From assembly GCA_963716255.1 (NCBI GenBank), contig OY970303.1:2112001-2176000 (forward strand): a DNA stretch of 64,000 bases, given 5' to 3'. The position numbers and the translations under genes are program-made. Below are positions 50,801-63,162 of the stretch, in pieces. The notes under the pieces were generated by a model. That model did no database searches and was not told where the DNA came from. It saw nothing but the letters and a program-made list of their open reading frames with translations. Position 1 is the first letter of the stretch. Each line of letters begins with the position of its first letter. Source of the DNA: an uncultured Gemmatimonadales bacterium. Its GTDB lineage: Bacteria; Gemmatimonadota; Gemmatimonadetes; Longimicrobiales; Longimicrobiaceae.

Positions 50801-53800
50801 ACGCCCTTGGGCCGCCCCGTGGAGCCCGAGGTGTAGATGACGTACGCGGCGTTGCGGACGCTCACCCCGCTTTCGGGCGTTCCCTCCGGCTCGGCGGCGA
50901 TCGCCTCGCGGTCCGCGTCCAGGCAGAGCACCGGGCCCCCGAAGGCGGAGAGCGTTTCCGGCAGCCGCCCCTGCGACACCAGCAGCGAAGCGCCGGAGTC
51001 GGCCAGCGTGTACGCCAGCCGCTCGGCCGGGTAGGCGGGGTCCAGCGGGACGTACGCCCCGCCGGCCTTGAGCACGCCCAGCACCCCCACCAGCATCTCC
51101 ACCCCGCGCTCCAGGCAGATCCCCACCCGCACCTCCGGCCCCACCCCCAGCGCGCGCAGCCGGTGCGCGAGCCGGCTGGAGCGGCGCTCCAGCTCGGCGT
51201 AGCTCAGCGCGGCGCCGCCGTCGGCGACCGCGGTCCGCTCCGGCGTGCGGGCGGCCTGCGCGGAGAACAGCTCGTGCACGCACGCGGGCGGGTGGTCGAC
51301 GGGCTCCGCGCGGGAGCCGGCCAGCAGCTCCGCCCGCTCGCCCTCGCGAAGCAGCGAGGTCTCGGAGAGGCGCCGCCCCGGCCCGGCCGCCATGCTCGCC
51401 AGCACGGCCTCCAGGTGCCCGGCCATCTGCGCGATCGTCGCCGCGTCGAAGAGCGCCGGCCGGTAGACGAGCATCCCGCCCAGCGCGTCGCCGGTGTCCC
51501 GGAGGACCAGCTCCAGGTCGAACTTGGCCACGCGCTCGCCCGACCCGAACGGCTCCAGCGCCAGCTCCCCCAGCTCCAGCCGCTCGTCCTCCCCGGCGGC
51601 CTGCACCAGGGTGAAGATCGTCTGGAAGACGGGGGAGTGCGTCAGGCTGCGCTCCACGCCCAGCTCGTCCACCAGCCGCTCGAAGGGAAGGTCCTGGTGG
51701 TCGTAGGCGCCCAGCGTCGATTCCCGCACCCGCCCCAGCAGCCCGGCCCAGGTGGGGTCACCCCCCAAGTCGGCGCGCAGCGCGAGGGTGTTGACGAAGA
51801 AGCCGATCAGCCCCTCCACCTCGTGCCGGGTCCGCCCCGAGATGGGGCTGCCCACCACCACGTCGTCCTGCCCGGCGTACCGGGCGAGCAGCGTCTGCCA
51901 GCCGGCAAGCAGCGTCATGAACAGCGTCGCTCCCTCGCGGCGCGACAGCTCGCGCAGCGACCGCGACAGCGCGGGCGGGAGCATCAGCCCATGGCTCTCC
52001 GCGCGGGGGCTCTGCCCGGGGACGCGCGCGCGGTCCGTCGGGATCTCCAGCAGCGGGGGCGCCCCGGCCAGCCGCTCCTTCCAGAAGCCGATCTGCGCCT
52101 CCAGCGTCTCGCCCGATAGCCATTCCCGCTGCCACACGGCAAAGTCTGCGTACTGCACCGGCAGCTCGGGCAGGCGCGGCTCCTCGCCGCGGCTGAAGGC
52201 GGCGTAGAGCGCCGAGACCTCGCGCACCAGCACGCCGCGGCTCCACCCGTCGCTGACGATGTGGTGCAGGACGAAGCAGAGCACGTGGTCGTCGTCGTCC
52301 AGGCGCAGCAGCGTGCAGCGCAGCAGCGGTCCGCGCGCCAGGTCGAAGGGCAGCATCGCCTCCGCCGCGGCAACCCGTTCCGCCTCGGCCTCGCGCTCCG
52401 CAGAAGGCAGCTCGCGCAGGTCCAGCTCCACCAGCGCCACCGGAGCGGGCGGGTGGACGACCTGCACCGGCGCCCCGCCGTCCCCGGCAAACGTGGTGCG
52501 CAGCGTCTCGTGCCGCCGCACCAGCGCGTCCAGACCCGCCCGCAGCGCGGCCGAGTCGAGCGAGCCCCGCAGCCGCAGCGCATACGGCATGTTGTAGGCG
52601 GCGCTCCCCGGCTCCAGCTGGTCCACCACCCACAGCCGCTGCTGCGCGAACGACAGCGGCAACGGTCCCGACCGCGGCACCCGCTCCATCGGCGGGGCCG
52701 GCGGCGTGCCCGCGCTGCGCACCGCCTCGATGCGAGCGGCCAGCTCCCGGACGGTCGGCGCCTCGAAGAGCGCCCGCAGCGGGAGCGCCACCCCGAAGAC
52801 CCGGCCGACCCGCGAGACCACGCGGGTGGCCAGCAGCGAGTGCCCGCCCCGGTCGAAGAAGCCGTCCTCGGCGCCCACGCGCTCCATCCCCAGCACCTCC
52901 GCCCAGATCCCCGCGAGCACCTCCTCCGTGGCCCCGCGCGGCGCCGCGTACCCCGCGCCCGCCTCGGCCTCCGGCGCGGGAAGCGCCCGCCGGTCCAGCT
53001 TGCCGCTGGGGGTCAGCGGAAGCGCTTCCAGCCGCACGAGCGCCGCCGGCACCATGTACTCCGGCAGCAGCACCCGGAGGTGCGCCCGCAGGACGGCCGC
53101 GTCCGGCGCTTCCTCCGCGCCGCAGGTCCAGTAGGCGACCAGCCGCCGCTCCGCGCCCGCGTCCTCCCGCAGGACCACCGCGGCCCCGCCGACCGCCGGG
53201 TGCGACGCCAGCGCGCTCTCCACCTCGCCCAGCTCCACGCGGAAGCCGCGGATCTTGACCTGCCGGTCCGCGCGACCCAGGTACTCCAGCTCGCCGCCCG
53301 CCGTCCAGCGCGCCCGGTCCCCCGTCCGGTACATCCGCTCGCCCGGAGCGAGCGCGAACGGGTCCGGGACGAAGCGCTCGGCCGTGGCCGCCGGGTTCCC
53401 CATGTATCCCCGCGCCAGCCCGTGCCCCGCCACGTACAGCTCGCCCGCGGCGCCCGCGGGAAGCGGCTGCATCGCCGCGTCCGCCACGTACACGCGCGTG
53501 TTCCAGATGGGCCGGCCGATGGCGACCCGCTCCTCGGCGACCGCGCCGAGCACGTGCGCGGTGCTGTCCGCCGCCACCTCCGACGAGCCGTACAGGTTGA
53601 GGAGCGTCGCCCCGGGGAGCGCCCCGGCGAAGCGGCGGGCCAGCTCGGGGGGAAGGGCCTCGCCGCTGGTCACCACCAGCCGCAGCCGCGGGCAGCGCCC
53701 GGCCAGGTCCGGGTGGGCGTCCAGGAGCGCTTGGAGGAGGGAGGGCACCAGGACGATGCGCGTCACCCCGTGCCGCGACAGCTGGTCGACCAGCGCCTCC

Positions 53801-56800
53801 GGGTCGCGGGCGTCCTCGTCCGGGACGAGCACGGACGGCACCCCGGCCAGCAGCGGCCCGAAGACCTCCCACACCGAGTCCACGAAGGCCAGCGAGGTCT
53901 TCTGGACGCACACCTCGTCCGCCGCGAAGGGATGCTCGCTCCACATCCAGGCGAAGCGGTTGACGATCCCCCGGTGCGTGCCGAGCACCCCCTTGGGCGT
54001 GCCGGTGGAGCCCGAGGTGTAGACGACGTAGGCGAGGCTTTCCGGCTCCGCCGCGGCGTCCGCACCGACCTCCGGCTCGACCGCCCCGGCATCGGGGCGC
54101 ACCACCTCCACGCCGCACTCGCCCAGTCGCTCCGCCGAGGCGGCGTCTGCCAGGACGAGCGCCGCGCCGGAGTCGGCCAGCATGTAGCGCAGACGCTCGG
54201 CGGGGTAGCCGGGGTCCATGGGGACGTACGCGCCCCCGGCGCGCAGCACGGCCAGCAGCGACGCCACCAGCTCCGGCGTGCGCGCCATGCACACGCCCAC
54301 GCGCGTCTCCGGCCCCACTCCGCGCCGCCGCAGCACGCCGGCCAGCTCCACCGAGCGGCGGTCCAGCCCGGCGTACGTCACCCGCTCGCCGCGCCAAGCG
54401 AGGGCGACGGCGTCCGGCGTGCGGGCGGCCCGCTCGGCGAACAGGGCGTGCAAACCCACTCCCGCGGGGACCGGGCGCGCGGTGTCGTTCCACTCCTCCA
54501 GCACCTGCGCCCGCTCCGCCCCGCGCAGCAGCGACAGCTCCGAGAGGCGCCGCTGCGGGTCGGCGGCCATCGCCTCCAGCACGCTCTCCAGGTGCCCGGC
54601 CAGGCGCTCCATGGTGGCGGCATCGAAGAGCGCGGTCCGGAAGACGAGCGAGCCGGCCAGCGCCTCGCCCGCCTCCTGGAACACCAGGTCCAGGTCGAAC
54701 TTGGCGACGCCCTTGCCCCCGCCGAACGGCGCCATCCCGACGTCGCCCAGGCGCAGCCCATCGTCCTCCGCGCCGGCACGGTGCAGCGCGAAGGTGGTCT
54801 GCACCAGCGGCGCGTGGGCCAGCGAGCGCTCCACGCCCAGCTCCTCCACCAGGCGCTCGAAGGGCAGCTCCTGGTGTTCGTACGCGCCCAGCGAGGTCTC
54901 CCGGACGCGGCCCAGCAGCTCGTCCCAGGAGGGGTCTCCGCCCAGCCTCGTGCGCAGCGCCAGCAGGTTGATGAAGAAGCCGATCAGCCCCTCGGTCTCG
55001 CGCTGCGTCCGCCCGGCGATGGGCGTGCCGACGACGACGTCGTCCTGGCCCGCATAGCGCCACAGGAGCGCCTGCCAGCCGGCCAGCACGGTCATGAACA
55101 GCGTCGCGCCCTTCCTGCGCGAGAGCGCCCGCAGCTCCTGCGACAGCACGGGCGTGAGGGTGAAGTGGCGCCTCTCCGCCAGCGGGCTCTGCCCCGGGGC
55201 GCGCGGGTGGTCCGTGGGGATCTCCAGCAGCGGGGGGGCGCCTCGCAGCGTTTCCTTCCAGTAGCCGATCAGCTCGTCCAGGACTTCCCCGCTCAGCCAG
55301 GCGCGCTGCCACACCGCGAAGTCGGCATACTGCACCGGCAGCTCCGCCAGCCGGGGCTCCCCGCCCCGGCTGAGCGCGGCGTACAGGGCGGAGACCTCGC
55401 GCACCAGCACGTCCATGCTCCAGCCGTCGCTGACCACGTGGTGCAGCGTGAACAGCACCACGTGCTCCTCGTCGTCCAGGCGCACGAGCGTGCTCCGCAG
55501 CAGCGGCCCGCGCGCCAGGTCGAAGGGGAGCCGCGCCTCGGCGGCGGCCAGGCGCTCGGCTTCGGCCTCGCGCCGCGCCCGCGGCACGCCGCGCAGGTCC
55601 AGCTCCACCAGCGCCGCCGGGGCGGGCGGGTGGATCACCTGCACCGGCGCGCCGTCCCGCTCCTCGAACACCGTGCGCAGCGCTTCGTGGCGCCGCACCA
55701 GCTCCGCCAGGCTGCGGCGCAGCGCGGCCACGTCCAGGGAGCCGCGCAGGCGCATGGCGCTGGGCATGTTGTAGGCGGCGCTCCCCGGCTCCAGCCGGTC
55801 CACCAGCCACAGCCGCTGCTGAGCGAACGACAGCGGCAGCGCGGCGCCGTCGCGCGGGGTGGGCACGATGGGCGGCGCCAGCGAGGCGCCCGCGCCGCGA
55901 AGAGCCTCGATACGCCCGGCCAGCGCGGCCACCGTGGGTGCCTCGAAGAGCACCCGCAGCGGCACCTCCACCCCGAACGCCTGCCGGGCGCGCGAGACCA
56001 CCTGCGTCGCCAGCAGCGAGTGCCCGCCCAGCTCGAAGAAGCTGTCCTCCACCCCCACCCGCCCGGTCTTCAGCACCTCCGCCCAGATCCCCGCCAGCAC
56101 CTCCTCGGTGGGCGTGCGCGGCGCCACGGGCTCCGTGCCGGTCCCCTGCTCCGGCGCGGGCAGGGCGCGCCGGTCCAGCTTGCCGTTGACGGAGAGCGGC
56201 AGCTTCTCCAGGACCACGAAGGCCCCGGGCACCATGTGCGCCGGCAGGCGCTCCGCCAGGAGCGGCCGCAGCTCCGCCGCCCTGAGCTCCGCTCCCTCCG
56301 CGGGAACCACGTAGGCGACCAGCCGCTTCTGCCCCGGCACGTCCTCGCGCACCAGGACCACCGCCTCGTTCACCCCCGCCTGCTCCAGCAGCGCCGCCTC
56401 GACCTCCCCCGGCTCGATGCGGAATCCGCGGATCTTGACCTGCGCGTCCACGCGCCCCAGGAACTCCAGCGTCCCGTCGGGACGCCAGCGCGCCCGGTCG
56501 CCCGTGCGGTACAGGCGCGCGCCGGCCTCTCCCGAGAACGGGTCGGGGACGAAGCGCTCGGCCGTCAGCCCGGCGCGCCCCAGGTAGCCGCGCACCACCC
56601 CCACCCCGCCCACCAGCAGCTCGCCGGCGACGCCGGCGGGGACCGGCTGGCCGTACGAGTCCAGCACGTACACCCGCAGGTTGGTGAAGGGCCGTCCGAT
56701 GGAGGGCTTCCCGCCGTCGGCGAAGCACTCGCCCAGCGTGGACCCGATCGTGGTCTCGGTGGGGCCGTAGCCGTTGAAGAAGCGCCGCCCCGGCGCCCAG

Positions 56801-59139
56801 CGGGCGACCACCTCCGCGGTGCACGCGTCACCGGTGGCGACCAGGACGCGCAGCTCCGGGAGCCCGTCCGGCGGGAGGACCGCCAGCGTGGAGGGCTGCA
56901 GGGTGGCGACGGTGACGTGCTGCTCGCCCAGGAAACGCAGCAGCGCCGGGCCGGGGAGGGCGGCGTCCCCGGTCGCCAGGCAGAGCGTCCCGCCGTTCCC
57001 CAGCGCGGCGATGACGTCCCAGAAGGAGGCGTCGAAGCCGAACGAGGCGAGCTGCAGCACCCTCTCGTCCGTCCCCAGCCCCAGGATGCGCCGCTGCGTC
57101 TCCACCACGTTGAGCACCCCGCGGTGCGGCACCAGCACCCCCTTGGGGGTCCCGGTGGAGCCGGAGGTGTAGATGACGTACGCCAGGTTCTCCGGCGCGG
57201 CGCCGTGCTCCGGCGGCGTGGCCGGCCGCTCCCGGATCGTCCCCGCCTCTGCGTCCAGGAGGACGACGCGCCCGGGCAGCCCCTCGCTCCGCTCCGCCAG
57301 CGCGGCGCAGGACACGACCACGCGCACCCCCGAGTCGGCGGCCATGAAGCGCAGCCGCTCGTCCGGGTAGGCGGGGTCCAGCGGGACGTAGGCGCCCCCG
57401 GCCGCGTGCGCGGCGAGCATCGCGACCAGCGCCTCCGGCGAGCGCTCCAGGAGGATCCCCACCGGCACCTCCGGCCCCACCCCCAGCGCGCGCAGGTGGT
57501 GGGCGAGGCGGTTCACCCGGGCGTCCAGCTCCGCGTAGGTGAGCGACTCGCCGCCGGTGACCACCGCGACCGAGGCGGGGGTGCGCTCCGCCTGGGCGTG
57601 GAAGAGCTCGTGCACCGTCCCCGCCGGGAAGTCGGCGGCGGTGGCGTTCCAGCCCTCCAGCACCTGCGCCCGCTCGGCTCCCCGCACCAGCGACAGCTCG
57701 GAAAGGCGCCGCTGCGGGTCGGCCACCATCGCCTCCAGCACGACCTCCAGGTGTCCCGCCAGCCGGACGATCGTCGCCGCGTCGAAGAGCGCCGGCCGGT
57801 AGGCCAGCACCCCCCCGAAGGTCTCGCCTTCCTCCGCCACCGCCAGCTCCAGGTCGAACTTCGCCGCCCCGGCGCCGGTCCCGAACGGCCTCAGCTCCAG
57901 GTCGCCCAGCGACAGCTGCTCGTCCGTCGCGGACCGGTTCAGCGCGAAGGCGGCCTGGAAGACGGGCGCGTGGGTCAGGCTGCGCTCGGCGCCCAGCTCC
58001 TCCACCAGGCGCTCGAAGGGGATCTCCTGGTGGTCGTACGCGCCGAGCGCCGTTTCCCGCACCCGCCCCAGCAGCCGGATCCACGTGGGATCGCCCGCCA
58101 GGTCGGCCCGCATGCTGAGCAGGTTGACGAAGAAGCCGATCAGCCCCGCGGTCTCGGGACGGTTCCGCCCCGCGACCGCGGTGCCCACCACCACGTCGTC
58201 CTGCCCGGCGTAGCGGCCCAGCAGCACCTGCCAGGCGGCCAGGACGGTCATGAACAGCGTGGCCCCCTCGGCCTGCGCGAGCGCCCGCAGGCCCCGCGAA
58301 AGCTCCGGCGAAAGGTCGAAGGTGTGGGTCGCCTGCTCCGGGCTCTGTCCCGCGGCGCGCGGCCGGTCCGTGGGGATCTCCAGCAGGGGAGGCGCCCCGG
58401 CCAGGCGCTGCTTCCAGTAGCCGATCTGCGCTTCCAGCACCTCGCCGCTCAGCCACCGGCGCTGCCACACCGCGTAGTCGGCGTACTGCACCGGCGGCTC
58501 GGGGAGACGCGCGTCCTCCCCCCGGCTGAAGGCGCCGTACAGCGCGGAAACCTCGCGCACGAGCACGCCCTTGCTCCAGCCGTCGCTGACGATGTGGTGA
58601 AGCGTGAACAGCAGCACGTGGTCCCGGTCGCCCAGGCGCAGCAGGGTGCTGCGCAGCAGCGGCCCGCGCTCCAGGTCGAAGGGACGCCGCGCCTCGTGGG
58701 CGGCGAGCCGCTCCGCGAGGCCCGCCGCGCCGGGAGCGCCCCGCAGGTCCACGAGCGGCAGCGCCACCGGGGCGGGCGGGCGGACGACCTGCTCGGGCAC
58801 GCCGTCGTGCTCGACGAAGACCGTGCGGAGCGCCTCGTGCCGCCGCACCACTTCGGCGAGGCTCGCCCGCAGTGCGGACGCGTCGAGCGCGCCCACCAGG
58901 CGCACCCCGTACGACATGTTGTAGGCGGCGCTGCCCGGCTCCATCCGCTCCACCACCCACAGCCGCTGCTGGGCGAACGACAGCGGCAGCGGACCCGACA
59001 GGCTGCGGCGGGGGATCCGGTCGTCCCGGTCGCCCGCGCCTCTCCTCTCGCGCATCAGGTCCCTGAGGAGCGCCTGCCTGTCCTTCAGCGAAAGCTGTCC
59101 GGCAAGCTTTCCTGCTCCGCCCGGTCGATCGTGGCTCAT
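44851..59139 (-). CDS. NRPS-A, 4762 aa: C-A-T, C-A-T, C-A-T-E, C-A-T; modules 1-4
   Basis: 4 A domains; C domains with HHxxxDG; carriers GGHSL, GGHSL, GGDSI (followed by E), GGHSL; acidic C-terminal tail. Confidence 0.97.
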   Translation of the reverse strand: MSHDRPGGAGKLAGQLSLKDRQALLRDLMRERRGAGDRDDRIPRRSLSGPLPLSFAQQRLWVVERMEPGSAAYNMSYGVRLVGALDASALRASLAEVVRRHEALRTVFVEHDGVPEQVVRPPAPVALPLVDLRGAPGAAGLAERLAAHEARRPFDLERGPLLRSTLLRLGDRDHVLLFTLHHIVSDGWSKGVLVREVSALYGAFSRGEDARLPEPPVQYADYAVWQRRWLSGEVLEAQIGYWKQRLAGAPPLLEIPTDRPRAAGQSPEQATHTFDLSPELSRGLRALAQAEGATLFMTVLAAWQVLLGRYAGQDDVVVGTAVAGRNRPETAGLIGFFVNLLSMRADLAGDPTWIRLLGRVRETALGAYDHQEIPFERLVEELGAERSLTHAPVFQAAFALNRSATDEQLSLGDLELRPFGTGAGAAKFDLELAVAEEGETFGGVLAYRPALFDAATIVRLAGHLEVVLEAMVADPQRRLSELSLVRGAERAQVLEGWNATAADFPAGTVHELFHAQAERTPASVAVVTGGESLTYAELDARVNRLAHHLRALGVGPEVPVGILLERSPEALVAMLAAHAAGGAYVPLDPAYPDERLRFMAADSGVRVVVSCAALAERSEGLPGRVVLLDAEAGTIRERPATPPEHGAAPENLAYVIYTSGSTGTPKGVLVPHRGVLNVVETQRRILGLGTDERVLQLASFGFDASFWDVIAALGNGGTLCLATGDAALPGPALLRFLGEQHVTVATLQPSTLAVLPPDGLPELRVLVATGDACTAEVVARWAPGRRFFNGYGPTETTIGSTLGECFADGGKPSIGRPFTNLRVYVLDSYGQPVPAGVAGELLVGGVGVVRGYLGRAGLTAERFVPDPFSGEAGARLYRTGDRARWRPDGTLEFLGRVDAQVKIRGFRIEPGEVEAALLEQAGVNEAVVLVREDVPGQKRLVAYVVPAEGAELRAAELRPLLAERLPAHMVPGAFVVLEKLPLSVNGKLDRRALPAPEQGTGTEPVAPRTPTEEVLAGIWAEVLKTGRVGVEDSFFELGGHSLLATQVVSRARQAFGVEVPLRVLFEAPTVAALAGRIEALRGAGASLAPPIVPTPRDGAALPLSFAQQRLWLVDRLEPGSAAYNMPSAMRLRGSLDVAALRRSLAELVRRHEALRTVFEERDGAPVQVIHPPAPAALVELDLRGVPRARREAEAERLAAAEARLPFDLARGPLLRSTLVRLDDEEHVVLFTLHHVVSDGWSMDVLVREVSALYAALSRGGEPRLAELPVQYADFAVWQRAWLSGEVLDELIGYWKETLRGAPPLLEIPTDHPRAPGQSPLAERRHFTLTPVLSQELRALSRRKGATLFMTVLAGWQALLWRYAGQDDVVVGTPIAGRTQRETEGLIGFFINLLALRTRLGGDPSWDELLGRVRETSLGAYEHQELPFERLVEELGVERSLAHAPLVQTTFALHRAGAEDDGLRLGDVGMAPFGGGKGVAKFDLDLVFQEAGEALAGSLVFRTALFDAATMERLAGHLESVLEAMAADPQRRLSELSLLRGAERAQVLEEWNDTARPVPAGVGLHALFAERAARTPDAVALAWRGERVTYAGLDRRSVELAGVLRRRGVGPETRVGVCMARTPELVASLLAVLRAGGAYVPMDPGYPAERLRYMLADSGAALVLADAASAERLGECGVEVVRPDAGAVEPEVGADAAAEPESLAYVVYTSGSTGTPKGVLGTHRGIVNRFAWMWSEHPFAADEVCVQKTSLAFVDSVWEVFGPLLAGVPSVLVPDEDARDPEALVDQLSRHGVTRIVLVPSLLQALLDAHPDLAGRCPRLRLVVTSGEALPPELARRFAGALPGATLLNLYGSSEVAADSTAHVLGAVAEERVAIGRPIWNTRVYVADAAMQPLPAGAAGELYVAGHGLARGYMGNPAATAERFVPDPFALAPGERMYRTGDRARWTAGGELEYLGRADRQVKIRGFRVELGEVESALASHPAVGGAAVVLREDAGAERRLVAYWTCGAEEAPDAAVLRAHLRVLLPEYMVPAALVRLEALPLTPSGKLDRRALPAPEAEAGAGYAAPRGATEEVLAGIWAEVLGMERVGAEDGFFDRGGHSLLATRVVSRVGRVFGVALPLRALFEAPTVRELAARIEAVRSAGTPPAPPMERVPRSGPLPLSFAQQRLWVVDQLEPGSAAYNMPYALRLRGSLDSAALRAGLDALVRRHETLRTTFAGDGGAPVQVVHPPAPVALVELDLRELPSAEREAEAERVAAAEAMLPFDLARGPLLRCTLLRLDDDDHVLCFVLHHIVSDGWSRGVLVREVSALYAAFSRGEEPRLPELPVQYADFAVWQREWLSGETLEAQIGFWKERLAGAPPLLEIPTDRARVPGQSPRAESHGLMLPPALSRSLRELSRREGATLFMTLLAGWQTLLARYAGQDDVVVGSPISGRTRHEVEGLIGFFVNTLALRADLGGDPTWAGLLGRVRESTLGAYDHQDLPFERLVDELGVERSLTHSPVFQTIFTLVQAAGEDERLELGELALEPFGSGERVAKFDLELVLRDTGDALGGMLVYRPALFDAATIAQMAGHLEAVLASMAAGPGRRLSETSLLREGERAELLAGSRAEPVDHPPACVHELFSAQAARTPERTAVADGGAALSYAELERRSSRLAHRLRALGVGPEVRVGICLERGVEMLVGVLGVLKAGGAYVPLDPAYPAERLAYTLADSGASLLVSQGRLPETLSAFGGPVLCLDADREAIAAEPEGTPESGVSVRNAAYVIYTSGSTGRPKGVVVEHASLASTLLGSREVFGLAAGEVMPVLASYAFDIWGFEVFTPLLSGGQVRLLPQETVRDVERLVEELARADALHAVPVLMREVVARVKAGRGTLPNVRRVFVGGDAVAPDLLEQTRSAFPAAQVWAMYGPTENTIISSATPLQRGTTYGWQMVGRPLPGVGMHVVDPAGNLLPVGVPGELWLAGAGVARGYLGRADVTAAAFVPDAFGAGPGSRLYRTGDRVRRRADGELEFLGRVDTQVKIRGFRIEPGEIEAVLLEQEGVHEAVVVVREDAPGQKRLAAYVVPWEGAEISTAELRARLGQRLPDYMVPGAVVVLEKLPLSANGKLDRRALPAPERGGAERHTAPRTEAEEILCAVWAGVLKVERVGVEENFFELGGDSILSIQVVSRARQRGLRLTPRQVFERPTIAGLAEVAERVGLEADGASQHPVTGEAPLTPVQQRFFETEQPARHHFNQALLLRPRDVLDAGLLARAAAALEAHHDALRLRFRPEADGGWTQSHADVSARGPLAVLDLSSLPADRRGGAVEAAAAQVQRSLELSRGPLLRMAWFEPGGGEAGRLLAVAHHLVVDGVSWRVLLEDLETAYTQLARGESVELPPKTTSWKAWAERLAELARSGTLADEAAYWTGQAAREVAPLPVDDPRAENTLAHKRGVRLGLTQDETEALLREVPAAYRTQIDEVLLTALAGALRRWTGERRLRVELEGHGREEEVVGGVDLSRTVGWFTSVYPVVLELPEGDDAGAALKAVKEQLRAVPGRGIGYGVLRYLGGGETAAELAGAAQAEVGFNYLGQFDQAVSTEAFFGFAPESAGPSMDRGSRRPHLLEVGGSVQAGCLELQIGYAEGVHRREGVERLAEEYAAELRGLIAHCRGAEAGGCTPSDFPLAGLDPASLDALLGSGRGVEDVYPLSPLQEGMLFHSLLSPGSGEYTGQFGFLLEGPLDAGALERAWQGVVARHEALRAAFAWEGLPRPVQVVRREVELPFRREDWRGLGAEERQARLERFLEADRGNGFEMGRAPLMRVALFRLGDDEHQLVWTHHHVVLDGWSLSLIFRDVLREYSAYARGEAPQTGPGHRYREYVAWLERQDRSRAERFWTETLAGFDAPTPLPGARSGRGGADGARGLGVTGRLLSEERTRALQEQARGWGVTTSTLVLGAWALLLGRYAGVEDVVLGSSVSGRPAELPGVEETVGLFINTLPVRVRLDDSAGLGEWLAELQAQQVEAREHEYAPLGEVQRWSDVPAGEALFESLFAFENYPVDEAMREQADGLGELRVRTNLVHAQTSYPLLLSAHGASRLKVEVRYDRAQVEAETAEQLARHLEVVLDAMAAHPGQRLSEVPLLRAAEREQLLHAWNGADTGYTGDLCLHEMVHAQVQSTPDAPALRFEGQRLGYAELYRRSCRLANLLRREGVGPEVRVAICMDPAPEMIVAVLGVMLAGGAYLPLDPELPAERRAYMIRDAGPILMLTQAALADRLADCGLPLFLVDAEAGRLAQESEAAPAAGVVSDNLAYVIYTSGSTGRPKGVLVEHRAVANTIRELVRIYDSRPGDRNLLYAPLHFDASVGDMFIALSSGAELVVAPRRAMLPGEDLLRLLREQRITHVKTMQSALAATPVEELPELRTLIAGGDRLPGEQLRRWSAEGRKFFNGYGATEASIRNTSSAYTAEDGDPPIGRTFGNTQLYVLDRWLEPAPLGVAGELYIGGVGVVRGYMGRAELTAERFLPDPHRGVAGARLYRTGDLGRRRADGEIEFLGRADHQVKVRGYRVELGEIEAVLRGHEQVREATVLLREDVPGQQRLVAYVVPEAGVEVASADLAVAALRTHVAEQVPEYMVPGAFVVMEQLPVSAAGKVDRRLLPAPESGSEREYVEPRTEMEELVAGIFAELLGLERVGAEDNFFQLGGHSLLATQVVSRLREALELEVPLRAVFELRTVEALARIVEDLLIGDLDDDRMAEHLEELESEQDPDAETASRPVVAR

Positions 59140-59249
59140 GGATGAAAACGTTCGTGGTTGTGGCAGTCGCCGCGCATTGCTGCTCCCCCCTCCGGGCCGC
59201 CCACGAGGTGCAGGCCGCCCGCGCGTGCTTCAATCTCGGAGTCGGTGGC

Positions 59250-59385
59250 CGGCCGGCAGGCCGGTGAGGCGGGAGAGATCGATGATGCAGGCCAGATTGT
59301 CGGGGTCGACGCCGGCGACCGGTGCCTCCATGCGGGTCGCCACGCGCACCCCGGGGCCGACGCCCCGGCGGCGGAGGCGCTCGAC
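59250..59385 (-). pseudogene. Degenerate relic of an NRPS adenylation domain
   Basis: [17 protein letters not shown] fused to EAPVAGVDPDNLACIIDLSRLTGLP, which parallels [16 protein letters not shown]...[24 protein letters not shown]. Confidence 0.75.
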
Positions 59386-59782
59386 GAGGGGAACTGCGCC
59401 GTGCGGATTGCACATCGGGGCGGAGGCCTGGTGGGCGGGCGGCCGCTGCGGGCCGCGGCTACCGTGCGGGGGGGATGCCGGGGAGCGCCGGTGGGGGAGG
59501 TCCCTCGCGCGCGCGCCGGTGGGGCTGCGGAGCCGCCGAGGCGGCAGCTCCGGGCCCGATCCCGGGCTGACAACGCAGCCGCGCCCGGGCTTCCAGCACG
59601 TCCTGGCCCGTTACTGCCGGCAGCCTCGACGTCCCCCTGGACGTTTCGGCGCCAGGCCAGCGTCACATCCACCGCGTTTCACCGGCCCCGGGCGAGCCCG
59701 GTGCGAGGCCCGGGAAATCCGGACGCGACCGGGACCGAAAGGTCTTTAAATGTTCGTCAACACAGTGTCTTGGCGTCCGCTG

Positions 59783-59810
59783 ATAATACAACTCTGAAGG
59801 GGATAGTCAA
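59783..59810 (-). promoter_or_regulatory. Candidate sigma70-like promoter for the NRPS genes
   Basis: Minus strand TTGACT-N16-TATTAT inside an AT-rich patch (about 59740-59840), roughly 640 nt upstream of NRPS-A. Confidence 0.45.
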
Positions 59811-60106
59811 CCCGATCCAGTCAGCAAATGCACGATGAATCGATCGCAGCAGGTCCGGATCGGCTCCCGGGCGGAGCTCCCCGGTCCGCCCGGTCTCCCG
59901 GGGCCCGGTGCGCGCCGGTGGGGATGTCGGCGTCCCGGGAGCGATTGGCCCGCTGCGACCGCTCTGAGGCGGCCCTGGGCCAGGGCGCGGCCGGTCCCTG
60001 CCGGGAGCGCTTCGACGCGAGCTCCGCGGCGCCGTCAGGGCATGCCGCGCAGTCAGTTGAACGTGGACATCGGGCGCCCCCTCCCGGCGAACGGGGTGAT
60101 ATGCCG

Positions 60107-61453
60107 CTAGCGGGACGCCGGCCGCTTCGCCTCGGAGTCGACGTCCTCCTGCCACGCCGCGAGCAGCGGCCGGAGGCGGCGCGCGACGTCGGGCCGGCGC
60201 GCGACCAGGTTCTCGCGCTCCCCGACGTCCGCCCGCAGGTCGAAGAGCATGGGCCTGCCGCCGTCCAGCAGCAGCTTCCAGTCGCCCGAGCGCACGGCCT
60301 GCTGGGGACGCGGTGCGGTCACCCTCCAGAAGAGCGTCCGCTCGACCTGCGGGGCGCGTCCTTCCAGCACGGGGAGCAGGTCGATTCCCTCGGCGCGCGC
60401 TCCGGGAGGGGCCGCGGTCCCGGTGGCCGCGAGGATCGAGGCGGTCAGGTCCATGGTGATCCCCACCTGCCCCGACACGGTGCCGGCCGGGATCCGGCCA
60501 GGCCAGCGGAGGATGGCCGGCACCCGGATGCCGCCCTCCCAAAGCGTTCCCTTGTGATGGAACAGGGGCGCGTTCCGCGACAGCCATTCGCCGCCGTTGT
60601 CGTTGGTGAAGATCACCAGCGTGCTCCGCCGCAGCCCCAGCCGGTCGAGCGTCCCCAGGATCCGCCCCACGCCCTGGTCGGCGCGCTCCAGCATGGCCAC
60701 GTAGTCGGCGCGCGTGCTCGTGGAGTCGTCGAACGCTCCCAGGTGCCTGCCGTTGTCGCGCGCGGTGGACGGGTGGTCGGGGACCTGGTACGGCCAGTGC
60801 GCGGCGCTGTACGAGACGTCGATGAAGAACGGCCGCCGGGCGTTCTGCTCGATGAAGCGCACGGAGCGCTCGGTGACGAGGTCGGTCGTGTACCCCGGCG
60901 CCTCCACGGGACGGTCGTTCTCGAACAGGTCGGGCCGGCCGGCGCCGTCGGTGTGGCGGTAGTAGTCGATGAAGCCGCTCTTGAAGCCCCAGAAGTAGTC
61001 GAACCCGTGGGCGCCGGGGCTGAACTCGGGCTTCCACCCCAGGTGCCACTTGCCGATGAGCGCGGTGGCGTACCCGCGGCTCTTCAGCAGCCGCGGCAGC
61101 GACCCGTCGGTGGGAGGGAGCCCCCGCTCCAGGTCCGCCTCGCCCCCGGCGCCGAGCGGCTGCTCCAGCGTGAACCGCTGCTGGTAGCGGCCGGAGATGA
61201 GGCCCGCGCGCGTGGGCGTGCACGTGGCGCCGTTGGCGTAGAAGTCGGTGAGGCGTACGCCGTCGCGGGCGAGGCCGTCGATGTGGGGGGTGCGGACGTC
61301 CGGCGCGCCGTACGCGCCGAAGTCGCCGTAGCCCACGTCGTCCGTGATGACGAGGACGACGTTGGGGCGCTGGGGGCTGCCCGCCTGCGCGCCCGCCGGC
61401 GCCGCGGCGAGGGCCGCCGCCAGCACCATCGCGAGGAGTGCGGTCCGGGACAT
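60107..61453 (-). CDS. Secreted Cys-type (formylglycine-dependent) sulfatase
   Basis: Signal peptide; PNVVLVITDD; CTPTRAGLISGR (CxPxR); GKWHLG; TNDNG; KGTLWEGGIRVP. Confidence 0.93.
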   Translation of the reverse strand: MSRTALLAMVLAAALAAAPAGAQAGSPQRPNVVLVITDDVGYGDFGAYGAPDVRTPHIDGLARDGVRLTDFYANGATCTPTRAGLISGRYQQRFTLEQPLGAGGEADLERGLPPTDGSLPRLLKSRGYATALIGKWHLGWKPEFSPGAHGFDYFWGFKSGFIDYYRHTDGAGRPDLFENDRPVEAPGYTTDLVTERSVRFIEQNARRPFFIDVSYSAAHWPYQVPDHPSTARDNGRHLGAFDDSTSTRADYVAMLERADQGVGRILGTLDRLGLRRSTLVIFTNDNGGEWLSRNAPLFHHKGTLWEGGIRVPAILRWPGRIPAGTVSGQVGITMDLTASILAATGTAAPPGARAEGIDLLPVLEGRAPQVERTLFWRVTAPRPQQAVRSGDWKLLLDGGRPMLFDLRADVGERENLVARRPDVARRLRPLLAAWQEDVDSEAKRPASR

Positions 61454-61671
61454 GGAGGGCTCCTGGGGAGGTGGCCGCGCGGGAGAAGTTTCGTCCGGGA
61501 AGCGTGTATCTTGATCGCGGCACCCGCGTGCCGCAACGGGGTCGCCGCTCGCCGGCCGGCGAGCGAACCCGGCCGCCGCGCCCGGCGCGGGGCGACGCGA
61601 AAGGCCCCGACGCCGGACGCGGCACCGGGACCATCGAACGGCTCGCGAGGGGCGGCCGGCGGCGGCGCCCG

Positions 61672-62241
61672 TCAGCGCCGCCGGACCTCCAGCACGTAGT
61701 CGCCGAACCCGGCGAAGAGGGTGTTGGCGCGGATCACGTACACGCCCGCCGCGGGCAGCGTCACGTCGCAGCGGGAATCGGTGCCCCCCGCGCCGTCGTC
61801 GTCGGTCTCGATCTGGGTGAACCTGTCGTTCACCAGGCGGCCGAAGCGGAGGTAGGTGTCCAGGGAACCCGAGCGCATGATGATCGTGAGCCGCTCCCCG
61901 GCGCGGCCCTGGTAGAGCCAGTCGTCGTACGCCGTTCCGTCGGAGGTGGTCCGGTCGCTCGCCTCCAGCTTCCCGGCGAGCGCCTGGCCGAGGCGCGCCT
62001 CCTCCCCGGGATAGGATGCGGGGGGACTCCCGCCGGAGTTCGCCGCCGGGACCGCGGCCGCGGCTCCCGGCGGTGCCGCGTTCCGCGCGGCCGGGACGGT
62101 GTCCCCGGCGGAGGCGGCGACCACGGCCGGCTCAGCGCGTGACTGCGGGTCCAGGGGCGGCTGCGCGCCCGCCGGCAGGGTCCAGGCGAGGGCTGCGGCG
62201 ACGGGGAGAAGGCTTCCCCGGACTCCGGGATTGCATGGCAT
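61672..62241 (-). CDS. Exported protein with a PPC (pre-peptidase C-terminal)-like domain
   Basis: GGAGGGAG RBS, signal-like N-terminus, low-complexity linker, DTYL...DDDGAGGTDS...LP..G.Y.I.A. Confidence 0.75.
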   Translation of the reverse strand: MPCNPGVRGSLLPVAAALAWTLPAGAQPPLDPQSRAEPAVVAASAGDTVPAARNAAPPGAAAAVPAANSGGSPPASYPGEEARLGQALAGKLEASDRTTSDGTAYDDWLYQGRAGERLTIIMRSGSLDTYLRFGRLVNDRFTQIETDDDGAGGTDSRCDVTLPAAGVYVIRANTLFAGFGDYVLEVRRR

Positions 62242-62490
62242 CTCTCCCTCCACGGCAAAAAGGGATGGAGGCTCCACCCACAGGGGAGGTGGAGCCCGCG
62301 AGGCCACGTTCGTGTGCCGGCGGGAAAGCCCGGCTGGTCCGGGCTTTCCCGCGATCCGGAGCAGGGACCGGCCCCGCAGGATTGCAATCTATGTCGCGCG
62401 TGCCCCGGGTGTGTCAGTTTTTTTCTCCGGGCACCCGCCTCCCCGCCGACGGGAGGATGCCACGCGGGGCGAGCAGGCATCGACGGTGCG

Positions 62491-63162
62491 TCAGCCCACC
62501 GCCGCGGGCCCCGGGCGCAGGTGGCCCACATCCACGGCGTAGGCGTGCAGCGCGTCGTGGAGCAGGCGCCGCCCGCGGTGAATGCGGCTCTTGATGGTCC
62601 CCCCGGCCACGCCCAGCATCTGGGCGATCTCGCCGTAGCCGAACCCTTCCAGGTCGCACAGCACCACGGCCTCGCGGTATTCCCGGGGGAGGCCGTCGAT
62701 GGCGCGCAGCACCTCGCCGTCCACCAGCGAGTCCCAGAACTCGCCCTCCGCGTCCCGCACCTGCCAGGGCTGGTGCACGCCCGCGTCCGCCAGCGCCGTC
62801 ACGTCGTCCACGCCCAGGTCCGTGGCAAGGTGCTCCATGCGGTACGACCTGACCTCGCCACGGCGGACGGCGGCGTTCCGGCAGATGGTGAACAGCCAGG
62901 AGCGGCACTGCGTCCCCCGCGTGTACGTGCTCCAGCCGCGGAACGCCCGCAGGTAGGTGTCCTGCACAAGGTCCTCCGCCGCGGCCTCGTCGCCGCGGGT
63001 CAGGCGCAGCGCGAAGCGGTGGACGGAGGGCAGGTACGGGAGCGCTTCCTCGGCGAAGCCGGCGTCGGCGGGGACCTCGCCGGCCGGGGTGCTCCGGCCC
63101 GTCCCCGGCTGGCGCCGGGTGCCCTGGGCCGCGTACGACCCCTGCGGGTGCATGGCTGCCAT
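62491..63162 (-). CDS. ECF RNA polymerase sigma factor
   Basis: Region 2 AEDLVQDTYLRAF...SWLFTICRN; region 4 LP..YREAVVL.D.EG..Y.EIA..L....GTIKSRIHRGR. Start codon uncertain. Confidence 0.9.
   Translation of the reverse strand: MAAMHPQGSYAAQGTRRQPGTGRSTPAGEVPADAGFAEEALPYLPSVHRFALRLTRGDEAAAEDLVQDTYLRAFRGWSTYTRGTQCRSWLFTICRNAAVRRGEVRSYRMEHLATDLGVDDVTALADAGVHQPWQVRDAEGEFWDSLVDGEVLRAIDGLPREYREAVVLCDLEGFGYGEIAQMLGVAGGTIKSRIHRGRRLLHDALHAYAVDVGHLRPGPAAVG

Noticed and set aside
59136..60110. Several overlapping ORFs upstream of NRPS-A
   Set aside because: Low-complexity GC-rich translations without coding signal; only the A-domain relic is supported.
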